DNA of 40,267 nucleotides from Chlamydiota bacterium (GTDB lineage Bacteria; Chlamydiota; Chlamydiia; Chlamydiales; JAJFMK01): NCBI GenBank assembly GCA_021772215.1, contig JAJFMK010000154.1, positions 1 to 40,267 of the forward strand, read 5' to 3'. Shown piece by piece: positions 39,997 to 40,267 of this stretch (position 1 is its first letter; each line of letters starts with the position of its first letter). The notes under the pieces were generated by a model. It saw only the letters and a program-made list of their open reading frames with translations, ran no database searches and was not told where the DNA came from. The position numbers and the translations under genes were made by a program.

Positions 39997-40267
39997 TTAA
40001 ATTTCTAACATCTCTCCATCGCAAACGTCTCTTCTGCCAAAGCCTACCTGCAGCTCAAATTCCTCTAAAATAGTCCCTCCCTTTCCATAGGCTCGGATGA
40101 GCAGAGTTGTCTGATCTGTAGAGGAGGGGCTACTTACACTAATAAGAGAGTTCTTCGCTTCGTTAAATTGCAGCCAGTAGGGTAATAGGGCTCCCCCTCC
40201 TAATGGAGCGGGCTCTTCGAGAATTTTTACAAACCTATTATTTCGTGCTTTGTTAGGGAGTAAACCA
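39997..40267 (-). CDS. 3' end (last 89 codons + stop) of a further - strand paralog, truncated by the window edge
   Basis: The reverse-strand translation is GLLPNKARNNRFVKILEEPAPLGGGALLPYWLQFNEAKNSLISVSSPSSTDQTTLLIRAYGKGGTILEEFELQVGFGRRDVCDGEMLEI*. It aligns with the C-terminal domain of the other copies (LLPxWLxY...YTIRAYGxGxVILEExxLxV). The stop is at 39997-39999. Confidence 0.8.
   Translation of the reverse strand, partial: GLLPNKARNNRFVKILEEPAPLGGGALLPYWLQFNEAKNSLISVSSPSSTDQTTLLIRAYGKGGTILEEFELQVGFGRRDVCDGEMLEI

Noticed and set aside
1-40267. A search by eye for rRNA, tRNA, CRISPR, secretion-apparatus or phage genes
   Set aside because: I recognised none. The intergenic regions are short and lack cloverleaf-like or rRNA-like sequence.

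Overview
This 40.3-kb region looks accessory. Its gene content suggests an obligate intracellular, amoeba- or eukaryote-associated bacterium, possibly an environmental member of the Chlamydiae; that is my inference and the sequence alone cannot prove it. About two thirds of the window is a mirror-image array of one paralogous family of ~1070-1310-aa membrane proteins. The + strand carries three tandem copies (212-11315) plus a decayed fragment of a fourth (11602-11835). The - strand carries four complete copies and one partial copy (26798 to the window edge). Every copy has a signal peptide with a long n-region and an AxA site. Next comes a dystroglycan-type cadherin-like (He_PIG/CADG) Ig domain interrupted by a nested 7-blade LVIVD-repeat beta-propeller. 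This is followed by 5-7 further He_PIG modules, a conserved Cys pair, and one TM helix with a conserved GW[FVY]xKRG motif. The ~160-aa C-terminal domain again looks He_PIG-like and usually ends in a PLL/PLI-plus-acidic tail. The two arrays converge on a ~15-kb island (11.9-26.7 kb) of eukaryote-like, effector-type genes. These are an O-methyltransferase-like protein and a translationally coupled trio (coiled-coil protein, classical HCX5R protein-tyrosine phosphatase, multi-pass membrane protein with a C-terminal J domain). The island also holds a His-Me-finger (HNH-like) protein ending in an SV40-type KKRKV motif, a small acidic protein and a 2426-aa mosaic protein. The mosaic protein contains two kinase-like domains, ankyrin repeats, an F-box-like motif with cysteine-containing LRRs, 14 x 28-aa RI-type LRRs encoded by an 84-bp tandem DNA repeat, Sel1 repeats, a coiled coil and a hydrophobic hairpin. 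Non-coding structure includes a 194-bp MITE-like element with perfect 21-bp inverted termini. An 18-bp perfect (21/22) inverted repeat pair brackets the 9.6-kb segment 17118-26729. There are also near-consensus sigma70-type promoters and conserved stop-restart junctions in the - strand array. I recognised no rRNA, tRNA, CRISPR, transposase or secretion-apparatus genes. All functional calls come from reading motifs by eye; no database search or computation was possible.
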